64,000 nucleotides of DNA, taken from positions 209 to 64,208 of the forward strand of contig JAICXC010000009.1 in NCBI GenBank assembly GCA_025980665.1, given 5' to 3'. The notes under the pieces were generated by a model that was not told the origin of the DNA, did no database searches, and saw nothing but the letters and a program-made list of their open reading frames with translations. Source of the stretch: Bryobacteraceae bacterium. Its GTDB lineage: Bacteria; Acidobacteriota; Terriglobia; Bryobacterales; Bryobacteraceae. The position numbers were made by a program, and so were the translations under genes. This document shows positions 19,581 through 28,239 of the stretch, one piece after another; the stretch's first letter is position 1, and each line of letters begins with the position of its first letter.

Positions 19581-20669
19581 ATGGCGGAGTTAAGCCGGCA
19601 AGTGATGGAGCAGTACCTCAGTGAAGTGTTCAAGACTCCCGTTTCTGTACTCCAAATGGCGCCGTTGGGCGAGCGCATTGGAAGGGAATCCATCAAGACC
19701 TATGGCTACGGCAAACCGATCCGAGTCGATTATCGGGTTGCTGACGGGGACACCAGAAGCGTCGTGTTTCACACGATGAGTCCGAGTCCGTTCGGACACG
19801 AGCACATGGCTGACCGCGCTCAGAGCTTGCTTTGGGCACATCGTGCTTTCAATTCTCTTCCGGGACACGTGCGGTCACTTGACGTTGGAGCCTTCCAATC
19901 CGACGCGACTCTGATCTCCCTTGGCATGGTCGATGAGTTCTGCCTCTTAACTGAATGGGTAGACGGGCAAGGCTACAATCTGGATCTCGAACGGCTGCGC
20001 GATACGGACACTCTCTCCGATCTGGACATACGTCGCGCTGATGCGCTGTGCAACTACCTGGTTCAGACGCATCGGGTCGAGGGGGGCGATCCAGAGCTAT
20101 ACACGCGGCGAATTCGCGAGCTTGTGGGGCACGGAGAATGTGTGATGGGTTTGACCGATTCGTATCCCCCGCACCCGCTCATTCCCGCGAGCCTTCTCGA
20201 AGAAATCGAACACCGCTGCGTGAAGTGGCGCTGGAAACTCAAACCCCTGAACCATCGTCTTCGGCAAGTTCACGGAGATTTTCATCCGTGGAACATCTTG
20301 TTTGGACCCGGAACTGGGTTCCGCGTGCTCGATCGTTCGCGGGGGGAATGGGGTGATCCTGCGGACGACGTTGTGTGTCTCACCGCGAACTACTTGTTCT
20401 TTTCGCTGCAACGAAGCGGACGTTTAGAAGGCGCTTTTGAAACGCTTTTTCGGCGGTTCTGGGAACGATACCTAAATGAGAGTCGAGATGACGAAATGCT
20501 AACGGTGGTCGCCCCCTTCTTCGCATTCCGCGGACTTGTGATGGCAAGCCCGGTCTGGTATCCAAATCTTAAGGATGAGGTTCGTCGGCGCCTTCTCACG
20601 TTCGTTCTGACTCTCCTCGATCGGGACAGATTCGATCCGAAAGAGGTTAACGCGTACTGTGGCGGATAA
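19581..20669 (+). CDS. Aminoglycoside-phosphotransferase-fold (protein-kinase-like) kinase
   Basis: Catalytic loop HGDFHPWNILF and the downstream VLDRSRGEWGDPADDV. Confidence 0.7.
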   Translation: MAELSRQVMEQYLSEVFKTPVSVLQMAPLGERIGRESIKTYGYGKPIRVDYRVADGDTRSVVFHTMSPSPFGHEHMADRAQSLLWAHRAFNSLPGHVRSLDVGAFQSDATLISLGMVDEFCLLTEWVDGQGYNLDLERLRDTDTLSDLDIRRADALCNYLVQTHRVEGGDPELYTRRIRELVGHGECVMGLTDSYPPHPLIPASLLEEIEHRCVKWRWKLKPLNHRLRQVHGDFHPWNILFGPGTGFRVLDRSRGEWGDPADDVVCLTANYLFFSLQRSGRLEGAFETLFRRFWERYLNESRDDEMLTVVAPFFAFRGLVMASPVWYPNLKDEVRRRLLTFVLTLLDRDRFDPKEVNAYCGG

Positions 20670-21198
20670 GAATCAAGCTTTCGCAGTCTGGGTGACAGGA
20701 CTTCCAGCTTCTGGCAAATCCACGATCGCCAGGGCTCTAGTAAGTGCGCTCGCGGCTCGGGGATTGGATGCCGCCCTGTTGGAATCTGACGTCTTACGTG
20801 GCGTTCTCACTCCGCATGCCCGATATGATGTGGAGGAACGAGAGGTCTTCTATCGGCAACTTGCTTACATTGGCGTCCTGCTCACAAAGCACGGCGTGCC
20901 GGTTATCTTTGACGCGACTGCTAATCGGCGTGTGTATCGCGACGATGCACGCAGGCAAATTCCTGGATTCCTGGAAGTCTACGTCGAGTGCCCTTTGGAA
21001 ATCTGCATGAGCAGAGATCCCAAGGGCATCTACCAAGCGGGCCATGAGGGGAAAGCCAAGATTGTGCCGGGTCTTCAAGAACCCTATGAGCCCCCCGTTA
21101 ATCCTGATGTTGTCGTGCAGGGAGCATCGGAGGTGCCCGAACCCGCCGCAGAACGGATTGTCTCCACGCTGGTCGAGAAAGGCTTTATCGCGCGATGA
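20659..21198 (+). CDS. cysC: Adenylyl-sulfate (APS) kinase
   Basis: P-loop VWVTGLPASGKSTIARAL, then ...FLEVYVECPLEICMSRDPKGIYQAGHEGKAKIVPGLQEPYEPP. Overlaps the preceding kinase by 11 nt. Confidence 0.85.
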   Translation: MADKNQAFAVWVTGLPASGKSTIARALVSALAARGLDAALLESDVLRGVLTPHARYDVEEREVFYRQLAYIGVLLTKHGVPVIFDATANRRVYRDDARRQIPGFLEVYVECPLEICMSRDPKGIYQAGHEGKAKIVPGLQEPYEPPVNPDVVVQGASEVPEPAAERIVSTLVEKGFIAR

Positions 21199-21735
21199 GT
21201 TCGGCCAGATACACAGAATCTCCGAGGCGATTCCAGTCATGCCAAATACGCTCCGAAAAAGCACTCAGATGTGACGTCGGGTGAGGCGACCCGTATTGCG
21301 ATTCTCAGGGCGGTTCGTCCCGTAATCTTCAGCCTCGCCATAACATCGGTGTGTGTTTTCTGGATCGATGGGCCGCTTGGATTGCACTGGTCGTACGGCA
21401 TGCCGCGCTTAGCGTTCATTGCAGGCGTGGTAGTAGCCGTGCTTGCCGCCGCTCTGATCGCGCGGGGCTATGCGTTCCAACAAGTTCATCTGCTCGGTGC
21501 TTCGAATTCATAAAGACCGCGAGTACTTGGTCGTCACGGACGGGCCTTACCGTTTCGTATGACATTGGGCCATGCCAGCATGTCGGCGTTTACTCTCGCG
21601 ACCCCCATTGATCTTAAATTCGAGATGGGCCTTACCGCCCGCCAGGCAAATTGCGCGGAAGCGGCCTTGCATCTGTTTTCCAACAGCATTAAACTCAGTG
21701 TCCGATCTGCAGTGGCAGACCGAGATGGGAAGTTT

Positions 21736-22239
21736 ATGAACACCTTCAATGCCATACGATTATTTCCCGTGCTGCCGTGCGGTCTCGTTTGGCCTCGATG
21801 GCTTTGGCTAATCCTATAGGCGTGTCCGGAAGCGGGACATTCTCTACCGACTTGGAAGTTACGGCAGATAGCTTTTTCTCGGTTTCGTTTTCAGGCTCAA
21901 ATGGAATCGTATCTGTGAATGCTCCCGGGTGCCGTGGCCCACTTCGCATTGCGGTGACCTGTTCCCAGACCGTCGGCTTTGCACAAATCAATGGTGTTAT
22001 CTTCGGATCTGGAAATCGATTTTGTATCCGGCAGCGACGCGGCCCACGGCCAATTCGCGAGCGTCTCCATCATCGGATCCATTGAAATCACGTCTCAGCA
22101 TTGCGTCCCAAATGTAGTTTGTACCGGCAGCTTCTTAGTGGTTCCGACGCCCCAAGTCCCGGAGCCTGGAACAGGCGGCTTTGTATTTCTTGGGGCGAGC
22201 CTCATCGCCTTCTGCGGATGGCGAAGAACTCGGGCGTAG
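21736..22239 (+). pseudogene. PEP-CTERM sorting-domain protein, apparently split over three frames
   Basis: C-terminal VPEPGTGGFVFLGASLIAFCGWRRTRA is a PEP motif plus TM helix plus basic tail. The body (GVSGSGTFSTDLEVTADSFFSVSFSGSNGIVSV.. in frame 0, DLEIDFVSGSDAAHGQFASVSIIGSIEITS.. in frame 1) and the leader MNTFNAIRLFPVL.. lie in different frames. Confidence 0.5.
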
Positions 22240-22534
22240 GGTTGATTCGCGCGCCCGAACTATTCCTCGGTCGCTTCTTGGCGTTGCCGCATTGAGTGGA
22301 CGTTAGTTCGTTGCCCTATCTAGGAGACTCCCGATACGCCAACTCAGTTTCCGCGCCTGCTCCTCGCCCAATCCGACTGGCCCAGCTACGGATGTGACCC
22401 ATTCGGCACCACGACCGCTCGTGGCACTTCGAGTTGCCGTTAATGCCCGATAGGCAAGAGTTCCATCGCTCATATGTCGCGCACCATCGCACGCCCCGAC
22501 ATGGGACTATAAGGTTACGCGCATCTACCTAACG

Positions 22535-22836
22535 ATGTTCGCTGTGGCGCTCGCCGCCGCAGCAGCGATGTACGCCGCCGACGCCAAAGCCGGCAAAGCC
22601 CAGTACGACACTTCCTGCAAATCCTGTCACGGACCCGATGGCACACCCGTTGCGGCGGTCGCCAAGATGAGGAAAGTCGAGATGAAGATCTCAAGTCGCC
22701 GGAAATCCAGTCCATGAGCGATGCTGATCTGACGGCCGTGATCACCAAAGGCAAAGGGAAGATGCAGCCGGTCAAGGCGGTCACCGGCAAATCCGTGGAC
22801 GATGTCATTGCTTACGTCCGCAGCCTGAAGAAGTAG
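22535..22836 (+). pseudogene. Small class-I cytochrome c with a frameshift near 22680-22690
   Basis: The first frame gives MFAVALAAAAAMYAADAKAGKAQYDTSCKSCHGPDGTPVAAVAKM.... The next frame continues as a normal cytochrome c C-terminus, DLKSPEIQSMSDADLTAVITKGKGKMQPVKAVTGKSVDDVIAYVRSLKK, with its stop at 22834-22836. Confidence 0.6.
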
Positions 22837-23104
22837 GTGTTCTTGCTGCGCCTTGGGCACGTGATCTCTGACTCGTCCGTTCCTACCTACCAATCGGCAA
22901 GCCCCTCGGGTTCGGCAGCCGCGACCCAAATATCGGTCTGATCGAAGAGTCTCGAGTAGTGCCTATCAGACACTCCGATTCCGAACAGAGGCAACAATCC
23001 CGTATATCGCTCTCTGAATACCGCATGACCCGGCCCCAATCCCATTAAGGCGATCGCCCCACCACCGATTACGGTAAGAAACTAGATGCCGAGGGTAAGC
23101 TCGA

Positions 23105-23475
23105 ATGCCGCTACCACCTGAACCGGTCAACAGATCAGCCGAGCGGATTGCGGAGACGGCTGTCGCCAACGACATCGGGACGGATGCGATTTCTGCGACA
23201 GTTAGTCCCAAGCGCGCCCGGCAGACGTGGCGGTCGGCATCTCGACCAGCGGCGGGTCGCACAATATCCTCCTGGCACTGGAGGAAGCCCGGAAGCGAAA
23301 ACTACTGACGGTGGCGCTGCTGGGCGACGACGGCGGCGAGATTCTACGGCGCGGCCTGGTGGATTTTCCTATCGTGATTCACTCCGACTAGATGCCCAGG
23401 ATTCAGGAGGTCCAGGCGTCGGTCTACCACATCATTCGTGAAAGGCTGGAGGTGTACATCCGTGGCCAAGGTTGA
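23105..23475 (+). pseudogene. Decayed SIS-domain (phosphoheptose-isomerase-like) gene: frame hops plus an in-frame TAG
   Basis: Frame 1 gives DVAVGISTSGGSHNILLALEEARKRKLLTVALLGDDGGEILRRGLVDFPIVIHSD*MPRIQEVQASVYHIIRERLEVYIRGQG, with the TAG at 23389-23391. Upstream pieces lie in the other two frames (..AVANDIGTDA.. and ..RFLRQLVPSAPG..). Confidence 0.5.
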
Positions 23476-23713
23476 ATTGTTCGGCGGCGCAAGCTGCCCT
23501 TATACGCGCGAAATGCGGGAATCGCTCGACTGGAAGGGCACCGAGTTCGTAGAGTACGACGTTGAATCTGACAGCGCGGCGTTCGATCGTATGCGCGCGT
23601 TGTCCGGCGGCCAGCGGACCGTGCCGATGCTGGTGGAAGAAGGCAAGGTCGTAGAGGTGGGCTGGCAGGGCCGCGGATGTGTTGTGGGCAGGGATCGCAA
23701 GCTGGATGGATGA
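23462..23713 (+). CDS. Glutaredoxin-like small thioredoxin-fold protein (single-Cys CPYT motif)
   Basis: VAKVELFGGASCPYTREMRESLDWKGTEFVEYDVESD...GGQRTVPMLVEEGKVVEVGWQGRGC. The GTG at 23462 overlaps the end of the SIS remnant. Confidence 0.7.
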   Translation: MAKVELFGGASCPYTREMRESLDWKGTEFVEYDVESDSAAFDRMRALSGGQRTVPMLVEEGKVVEVGWQGRGCVVGRDRKLDG

Positions 23714-23715
23714 CG

Positions 23716-25128
23716 CTATTTGGGCGCTTCGCCCAGGCCAAGGGTCTTCAGGATCGCGGGATCGGCTTCGTCGGTAGCAAGCATCTGGTGGCAGGTGCTG
23801 CAATCTTGCGTAATCACTTTTTTGTCGGCGGTGGAGTGTCCGCCGTCATGACAGCGGAAGCAGCCGGGATCATCGATGTGCCCCACATTGTTCGGGTACG
23901 TGCCCCAGGTTACTTTCAGGTCCGGAAACACGTTGCTGCGATAGATTGCCAGCAGCGCCTGACCCGCTAATTGGACGTCGTTCGAGCGCTTGGCCCAAAT
24001 GTCGCCGTACTTTTGTTGGTAGAAAGTGTTCAGGCGGGCGGGGATTTTTTGCGCGGCGTCGTCTTCGCTCGAGTAAGTAGCTTTCAGCAACTCGACCCCG
24101 GTCTTCTTGACGAAGGGTAACGTCGCGGAAATCCGTGCGGTGGCCATCGCGTGATCGACGGCGTGTTCGGCTAATTCGAAAGAGTGGGCCGCGCGATTGT
24201 GACAATCGACGCACTGCATTTCGAAGGTCGGAAGAGCACGGGCGGCATCGGGCGTTGTACCGTCGGCGAGGTAGGTGCGCGTCGCGCCGCCGTTGCTGTA
24301 CTCGACCCAGGGGATGGTCTGCCGTTTCTTGTCAGAAGCGGCGTACCGAATGCGGACGCCCGGACCCATGTGCGCTCCATGGATGCCGCCCGTATTTCCG
24401 CCGCCCACCAGCATCATCAAGACCGTCTCGGTGCGCGTGTTGGTTTCATCGTCCTTGAAGCTGCTGTGCATGCGCAGGCGCGGGCCGATGACCTTCCCAC
24501 GAGCGTGGCACTGCTCGCATGTATCGGCTGAAGAAACCAGACGGTTGCTCTCTAGACCCGATTCGATCGGCCGCGGAAAGGTGTTGAACGTTACCGCGAG
24601 CAGCTGATTCGTCCCCGCCATCTTCGCTCTGATCCAGCCAGTCGCGCCGGGAACAATATGGCAAGTGGCGCACGCGATCTGTTGGTGCGGCGGAAGGAGA
24701 TGAGCGGTGAACTCAGGCTTCATGACGTGGCAGCTCTGCCCACAGAACTGGGTGGTTTCCATATGCTCGACGGCACGATAGGTGAGCTGGCTTCCGATGA
24801 CCAGATTCGCCATGGTCATGATCGCGAAAAACATACCGGCGCGCCGCCAGGCGGCTCTACGATCAATCGGCGTGCTCAAGGCCTCAGCGGCCTTGCGTCG
24901 TCCGAGCGCGATGCCAATGGGAATCAGCGCGAGACCCGCGAAAAACACGACTGGAATCGCGATAAACGTAAGCAGCCCGATGTAGGGATTGCTGACATTC
25001 CCGCGAATGTTGGCCGGCAGCGCAAAGAGCCATGAAAAGCCGGCCAGCGTCACCAGCGCGACGCCCGCCATAGTGACCCAGTGGCTGGTAAGCAGAACGA
25101 TTACAGGCTGCTTAGGGTGATCGGGCAT
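23716..25128 (-). CDS. Membrane-anchored NapC/NirT-like multihaem cytochrome (5 CxxCH plus 1 CxxxCH), candidate quinol dehydrogenase of the conduit
   Basis: Three N-terminal hydrophobic helices. NapC-type METTQFCGQSCHVMKPEF, then CATCH, CEQCH, CVDCH, CFRCH and CSTCH. Last gene of the operon, 1 nt after the upstream stop. Confidence 0.75.
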   Translation of the reverse strand: MPDHPKQPVIVLLTSHWVTMAGVALVTLAGFSWLFALPANIRGNVSNPYIGLLTFIAIPVVFFAGLALIPIGIALGRRKAAEALSTPIDRRAAWRRAGMFFAIMTMANLVIGSQLTYRAVEHMETTQFCGQSCHVMKPEFTAHLLPPHQQIACATCHIVPGATGWIRAKMAGTNQLLAVTFNTFPRPIESGLESNRLVSSADTCEQCHARGKVIGPRLRMHSSFKDDETNTRTETVLMMLVGGGNTGGIHGAHMGPGVRIRYAASDKKRQTIPWVEYSNGGATRTYLADGTTPDAARALPTFEMQCVDCHNRAAHSFELAEHAVDHAMATARISATLPFVKKTGVELLKATYSSEDDAAQKIPARLNTFYQQKYGDIWAKRSNDVQLAGQALLAIYRSNVFPDLKVTWGTYPNNVGHIDDPGCFRCHDGGHSTADKKVITQDCSTCHQMLATDEADPAILKTLGLGEAPK

Positions 25129-25129
25129 T

Positions 25130-26239
25130 TCAGTTTCCCTTGTTCTGCGCGTTTAGATAAGCGATCAGGTTCGCCATGTCCGATCCTTCAAAGCGCGGCC
25201 ACGCGATACCCTTGGTTTTCATTTGGTCGAGCATTTGCGGCCCATGATGCCAGAGCACGGAGACCAGCGTGGCGGCAGTGTACGAGCGGCTCGCACCGGT
25301 GAGCTTGGGCGCTCCGCTCGAAGGATCGTTATGGCAGGTGGCACAGTGCTTGGCCGTGAAAACACGCCCGCCCGCCGCAGGATTTCCCTGGTCCTTAAAA
25401 AACTGCTCCGCCCACAAATAGCTGGCGATATCGCGCATCTCGACCAATTCGAGCGGAGCCGGCGCCGCGGACATTCGGGGCTCGTGATTCCACATGGCGA
25501 CGGCGATATCGGTCAGCGTTTTGCCTTTTAGGCGTGACGTCAGCGCGGCCTTGCCGTTATGGCAGGACGCACATCCCTTCGAGTCGAATAGTGCCTGGCC
25601 ATTCGTTCCAGCGGTGATCTCAATGCGGGCGTTTGCGTTGGGCGCCGAGGGAAGGTTCCGGAGATAGACCAGCATGTCCGTTAAATCCTGCGCGGTCAGC
25701 TCGGGCCAGGCCAATTTCTTCTTCGCAAACTCCTCGCGCATGGTGGCAGCGTGATTCCACAAGGCGTTCACCATCTCTAGCGGTCGCCCCAAGGATTCCC
25801 ATTGAGAAACCGGCTTGGCTTCGGGAAGTTTCGCATCTGTCAGGCCATGGCATTCCGCGCAATGTTTTGAGGCAAACAGGCGTTTGCCGCGGCCCGCATC
25901 GCCCAGTCTCTCGAAGAAACGTGCCGAGTAAAAATAGGCGAACAGATCGGCGGCCGCCTGCTCATTGAGATCGCCCGGACTGACGTTTCGCGTGCGCATC
26001 GCCGCCCACATTGCCGGCGCGTGGTTCCACATGGTGGCAGCGAGCGACGCGGGCGTGAAATCGCGATCGATGCGGCGGCCCAGGTCTGGCCCAACTTTTC
26101 CACCCTTGCCGTTGATGCTATGGCACTGAACACAGGAAAGCGTCTCGAACAGCTGCTCGCCGCGCGCGGAGTCCGCCGCGACGGTGGCCGCGCGAAGGCT
26201 GAGGGCCGCGAATGACAGGATAAAAAGGGCTCGGGTCAT
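25130..26239 (-). CDS. Periplasmic cytochrome with four tandem class-I c modules (4 CxxCH)
   Basis: The ATG at 26239 overlaps the barrel gene stop (ATGA). Signal peptide MTRALFILSFAALSLRAATVAA. Haem sites CVQCH, CAECH, CASCH and CATCH. WNH motifs TMWNHAPAMW, ALWNHAATM, AMWNHEPRM and VLWHHGPQM. Confidence 0.8.
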   Translation of the reverse strand: MTRALFILSFAALSLRAATVAADSARGEQLFETLSCVQCHSINGKGGKVGPDLGRRIDRDFTPASLAATMWNHAPAMWAAMRTRNVSPGDLNEQAAADLFAYFYSARFFERLGDAGRGKRLFASKHCAECHGLTDAKLPEAKPVSQWESLGRPLEMVNALWNHAATMREEFAKKKLAWPELTAQDLTDMLVYLRNLPSAPNANARIEITAGTNGQALFDSKGCASCHNGKAALTSRLKGKTLTDIAVAMWNHEPRMSAAPAPLELVEMRDIASYLWAEQFFKDQGNPAAGGRVFTAKHCATCHNDPSSGAPKLTGASRSYTAATLVSVLWHHGPQMLDQMKTKGIAWPRFEGSDMANLIAYLNAQNKGN

Positions 26240-28239
26240 CGGGTGAACCTCAGTCCGGTGGTTACCAGGTTGGTGCGGAAGCCTTCGTAGAGATAGAAAG
26301 CTTCTCCGTACCCGTAATAGCGCCAATCGGCGAATAAGCTCATCTTCTTGTTGATTGGGAGCCACAGGGTTGCCAACGGCTGATAGTAACTGGTCGCGCG
26401 GCTGCCCGAAGAGATGAAGAACGATCCACCAGCGGAGAGCTTGGGCGCGATTCCTTCAACAGTCGGAAGCTTAACGTTGAACAGAGCTGTCGCGGTGTGG
26501 GCATTGTCGCGATACAGCGACGTTTGGGGGGTCAGAGTTTGAGGAACGAGATAGCCGATCTCCGAATGCAGTGTGGATCGTGTGTAGGAACCTTGAAAAT
26601 CTCCGAACTTGCCGCCCAGGGGCGACCAGAAGAGCGACATTGATTCCTGCTGCGACCGGTAATCGTAATTCACGCCCGGCACGGGGTTATTATTGTCGAG
26701 CAGCGTGAAATCCGCCGCAAGGCTGAGCGAGGTCAGAGCCTGATAGCGCGCCTGCGCGTGGACCTTCTGATAGTCGTACAGGCTGGTGCGAAAATACGCG
26801 CCGCCGCTGGAGGCGACTTCCGCGTCGGTCCGGAGCGTGATTTTCTGGGTGGGGCGGTATGTCACTCCGCCGATACCGACGTTGCGGCGCAACTTGGCTT
26901 GATCCGAGCTCATCAGTCCCTCGGGCGGGAGAACCACGTCATTGGCCTCGCCCCATACATAACGATAGCCCCCGCGCAGCGTGAGCTTCGATGTGGCCTC
27001 GTAGAAGATATCGATCTCTTCCTGGCTGTAATTCGTCGCGAGCGAGGAAGCGAGCAGAGCGGCTATGTTTACGGAGATACCGCCGCCGGAGCTGGTGAGC
27101 ATCTGCGTCGATGCTGCCGAACCCGCGTTGTGGAGGCGATCGGTCAGCCAGGATTGGACAATACGGAGGCGACGTATGGGTCGGATTTCCGCGCCGAGGC
27201 TTCCACTGGTGTGTGGCAGTTTGGCCGCGGCGGAGAGCAGATACTGTTGGCTGGTATAGAACAGCAGTTGGCTCTGCAACAACAGGTTGCCCGTGGCGGT
27301 CTGCTGATAATTGACGCTCGTGTCGGGCTGGCTGTAGAGGAACTGCCCGTAGACGTCGAGCCACGGCGTCGCGGAGGCCGTAAACAGGCCCTTGCTGTAG
27401 ATGCTGGTCCCGCGAACGCCATAGGCGGCCAGCAGATTCGTGAGATCCGTGTTCTGGCCAAATATGCGTGTCGCCACATTGCCGAAATTCGTAGAGCCGG
27501 GGCCTTGGAAGACGCTCTGATCGTCCTTGAATGTCGTGCCGCCCTGCTCGAGGGTGGCGTGAAAACGGCTCAGTTCGAATCGGACGCCGCCGCGATAAAG
27601 ACTGGTCTGATCGCGTAACGTATTGGGCACCGGGAATTCATTGCTGTCGCTGACGAACGTCGTCGCACCGGTACCGGAGCCGGAATCCCGATCGTAAGCG
27701 AAATACGGAATGTACCAGTTGCCCGGCAGCAGATCGATCTGGAAATTCGCAAGATGCCGGCGCGTGTCGAAGGATTGCTCGCTGAGCACGATGCCTCGCC
27801 CCATCAGCGGGTCGGCGTACGATGGCAGAAAATTGAAGTACGCCATATCGCGATAGTCCGCGCTGAAATCGTACAGCTTGGATTTCTTCGCGTCCAGATG
27901 GACGGTTTGGTACGGCTCGTCGCCCCAACCGGTGGCGCGCACGTGGATCTGATCGAAGGCGCGATGCTTGGGATCGGCGAGGGTGAAGTCGGCGCCGAGC
28001 AACTTCGGTCCTGAGCCAAGATTCACGATGCTCCGGTAGGTGTTGAAGCTGCCGCCGACATCGGTGCGCCAGCGATATCCCACATCGATCGAGCCAGTCA
28101 GCCAGGACTCGGCCGAGGGAACCGGCGACGCAGCCTCCGCTGCGGTGGCACTCGCTGTCTCCGCCGGAGCAGCAGCCGGCTGTGGAGTCTGCGCTATCAG
28201 GGGAGCAACGATCACCAAAATAAGCTCCAGCTGCCTCAT
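26236..28239 (-). CDS. Outer-membrane beta-barrel candidate in the MtrB/PioB position
   Basis: 667 aa. Short signal peptide (MRQLELILVIVAPLIAQ), an Ala/Pro-rich linker, then alternating-hydrophobicity segments rich in Y/G/S/T/N/D throughout. No Cys. Ends ..TTGLRFTR. ATGA overlaps on both sides, with the decahaem gene upstream and the cytochrome gene downstream. Confidence 0.6.
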   Translation of the reverse strand: MRQLELILVIVAPLIAQTPQPAAAPAETASATAAEAASPVPSAESWLTGSIDVGYRWRTDVGGSFNTYRSIVNLGSGPKLLGADFTLADPKHRAFDQIHVRATGWGDEPYQTVHLDAKKSKLYDFSADYRDMAYFNFLPSYADPLMGRGIVLSEQSFDTRRHLANFQIDLLPGNWYIPYFAYDRDSGSGTGATTFVSDSNEFPVPNTLRDQTSLYRGGVRFELSRFHATLEQGGTTFKDDQSVFQGPGSTNFGNVATRIFGQNTDLTNLLAAYGVRGTSIYSKGLFTASATPWLDVYGQFLYSQPDTSVNYQQTATGNLLLQSQLLFYTSQQYLLSAAAKLPHTSGSLGAEIRPIRRLRIVQSWLTDRLHNAGSAASTQMLTSSGGGISVNIAALLASSLATNYSQEEIDIFYEATSKLTLRGGYRYVWGEANDVVLPPEGLMSSDQAKLRRNVGIGGVTYRPTQKITLRTDAEVASSGGAYFRTSLYDYQKVHAQARYQALTSLSLAADFTLLDNNNPVPGVNYDYRSQQESMSLFWSPLGGKFGDFQGSYTRSTLHSEIGYLVPQTLTPQTSLYRDNAHTATALFNVKLPTVEGIAPKLSAGGSFFISSGSRATSYYQPLATLWLPINKKMSLFADWRYYGYGEAFYLYEGFRTNLVTTGLRFTR

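Noticed and set aside
21514-21735. Possible c-di-GMP (GEMM) riboswitch upstream of the PEP-CTERM gene, and also in the mtrC-like leader (31249-31330), because of GGCAAA / GCAAAA strings.
   Set aside because: Neither region has the paired GCAAA...ACGCAAAGC architecture or the two-hairpin arrangement. The matches are only isolated hexamers.
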